NCBI GenBank assembly: GCA_965649765.1
Contig: OZ287755.1
Span: 27,466,001-27,530,000 of the forward strand
Length of the DNA stretch: 64,000 nt
Origin: Bispira polyomma
Taxonomy: Eukaryota
Direction of reading: 5' to 3'
Shown here: positions 62,620 through 64,000 of the stretch, one piece after another
Numbering within the stretch: the first letter of the stretch is position 1
How the letters are laid out: each line of letters begins with the position of its first letter
Position numbers and translations under genes: made by a program
Notes under the pieces: generated by a model
The model's database searches: none
What the model was told of the DNA's origin: nothing
Seen by the model: only the letters and a program-made list of their open reading frames with translations

Positions 62620-63570
62620 AAAATGGGTAACAAGAACCTGTCAGGTCAGTGACATTACAGAGATAGAGCCTGGTCTATGTTATTAGAGGGGGTAACAAGA
62701 TCCTATCCAACCTGTCAGGTCAGTGACGTCACAGAGACAAGTCTATGTTATTAGAAGAGGTAACAAGAACCTATAAAGGTCAGTGACATCATACAGACAG
62801 AAACTGGTCTATGTTATTAGAGGGGGTAAAAGGAACATGTCAGGTCTGGACTATGTTATAAGAGGGGGTAACAAGAATCTGTCAGGTCAGTGACATACAA
62901 ACAGAGGTTGGTCTATGTTATTAGAGGGGGTGAAAAGAACCTGTCAGGTCAGTGACATTACAGAGATAGAGCCTGGACTATGTTATTAGAGGGGGTAAAA
63001 AGAACCTGTCAGGTCAGTGACATCATACAGACAGAGGTTGGTCTATGTTATTAGAGGGGGTAACAAAAACCTGTCAGGTCAGTGACATCATACAGACAGA
63101 GGTTGGTCTATGTTATTAGAGGGGGTAAAAACAACCTGTCAAGTCAGTGACATCACAGAAACAGAGGTTTGTCTCTTATTAGAAGGGGTAACAAGAACCT
63201 GTCCAACCTGTCAAGTCAGTGACGTCACAGAGACAGAGGCTGGTCTAAGTTATAAGAGAGGGTAACAAGAACATGTCAGGTCAGTGACGTCATACAGACA
63301 GAGCCTAGTCTATGTTATTAGAGGGGGTAAAAGGAAACTATTAGGCCAGTGACATCACAGAGACAGAGGCTGGTCTGTTACTAGAGGGGGTAACAAGAAC
63401 CTGCCAGGTCAATGACGTCACAGAAACAGAGGCTGGTCTATGTTATTAGAGAGGGTAACAAGATCCTGTCGAACCTGTCAGGTCATCTACTTCACACAGA
63501 CAGAGGTTGGTCTATGGTATTGGAGGGGGCAATCAGAACATGCGAGATCAGTGACATCAGAGATACAGCC
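62620..63570. repeat. ~60-70-bp minisatellite, ~14 copies
   Basis: aacaagaacctgtcaggtcagtgacatcacagagacagaggctggtctatgttattagagggggt. Confidence 0.92.
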
Positions 63571-64000
63571 TTGTATATTGTCTATGATACATGTTGTATG
63601 CGAGTCAAGTACATGTGTATTTAGCATTGCTCTTTAGGGCTACTACTTTTGTAGTCATAACTTTTTTATACAGGTTGGGATTTTTTTTCCCACTAGTCAA
63701 TGACTTTCAGCCTATCATATATTTCAAAAGTCATTAAAATTAGGTTTTTGCTTCATGCAAAAAGTGTTTCAGCTTTTTGTAGCACTTGCAACCGTCTCAG
63801 TACTTTGCATGAATATACATATTGTCAGTATAACGTGTCTTTGTGTTTTATAATCTACATATAAGGCTCCAGTCTGTCTTCATATTACCTATACATATAC
63901 TTGTTTACACGTAACACTTCAAGTCTACCCAGGGCCCTGTCAGTGTTGACATTTCACCCTATTTTTCAGCCAACATATTTGTTTTTCAGTGGTGATGTAT

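Overview
AT-rich animal genomic DNA, probably from a lophotrochozoan-type invertebrate (inferred from repeat families only), with two N gaps. The left ~34 kb is a nest of transposable elements: MITEs of four superfamilies, L2 and RTE-X LINE relics, a possible Polinton-like fragment, a full-length PIF/Harbinger transposon (17512-22178), a degraded DIRS1-type element with ITRs and ICR (22863-33779), and three Ngaro-like tyrosine-recombinase (YR) retroelement copies, one nearly intact (27350-33744). The right ~30 kb holds a minus-strand gene for a probably GPI-anchored 3-Ig-domain surface protein (9 coding exons found, first exon not found). Its introns carry a 6.3-kb 32-bp satellite and several minisatellites. 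Two observations stand out. (1) The intronless Harbinger transposase gene ends in two tandem, canonical replication-dependent histone mRNA stem-loops (GGTCCTTTTCAGGACC-ACCCA), suggesting a transposon that co-opts SLBP/U7 S-phase control. (2) Two divergent Ngaro-like elements share a retrovirus-like expression plan: a -1 frameshift signal for gag-pol, and phase-matched splice sites that would fuse the Gag N-terminus to the recombinase. All calls come from reading the sequence by eye; no searches were run.
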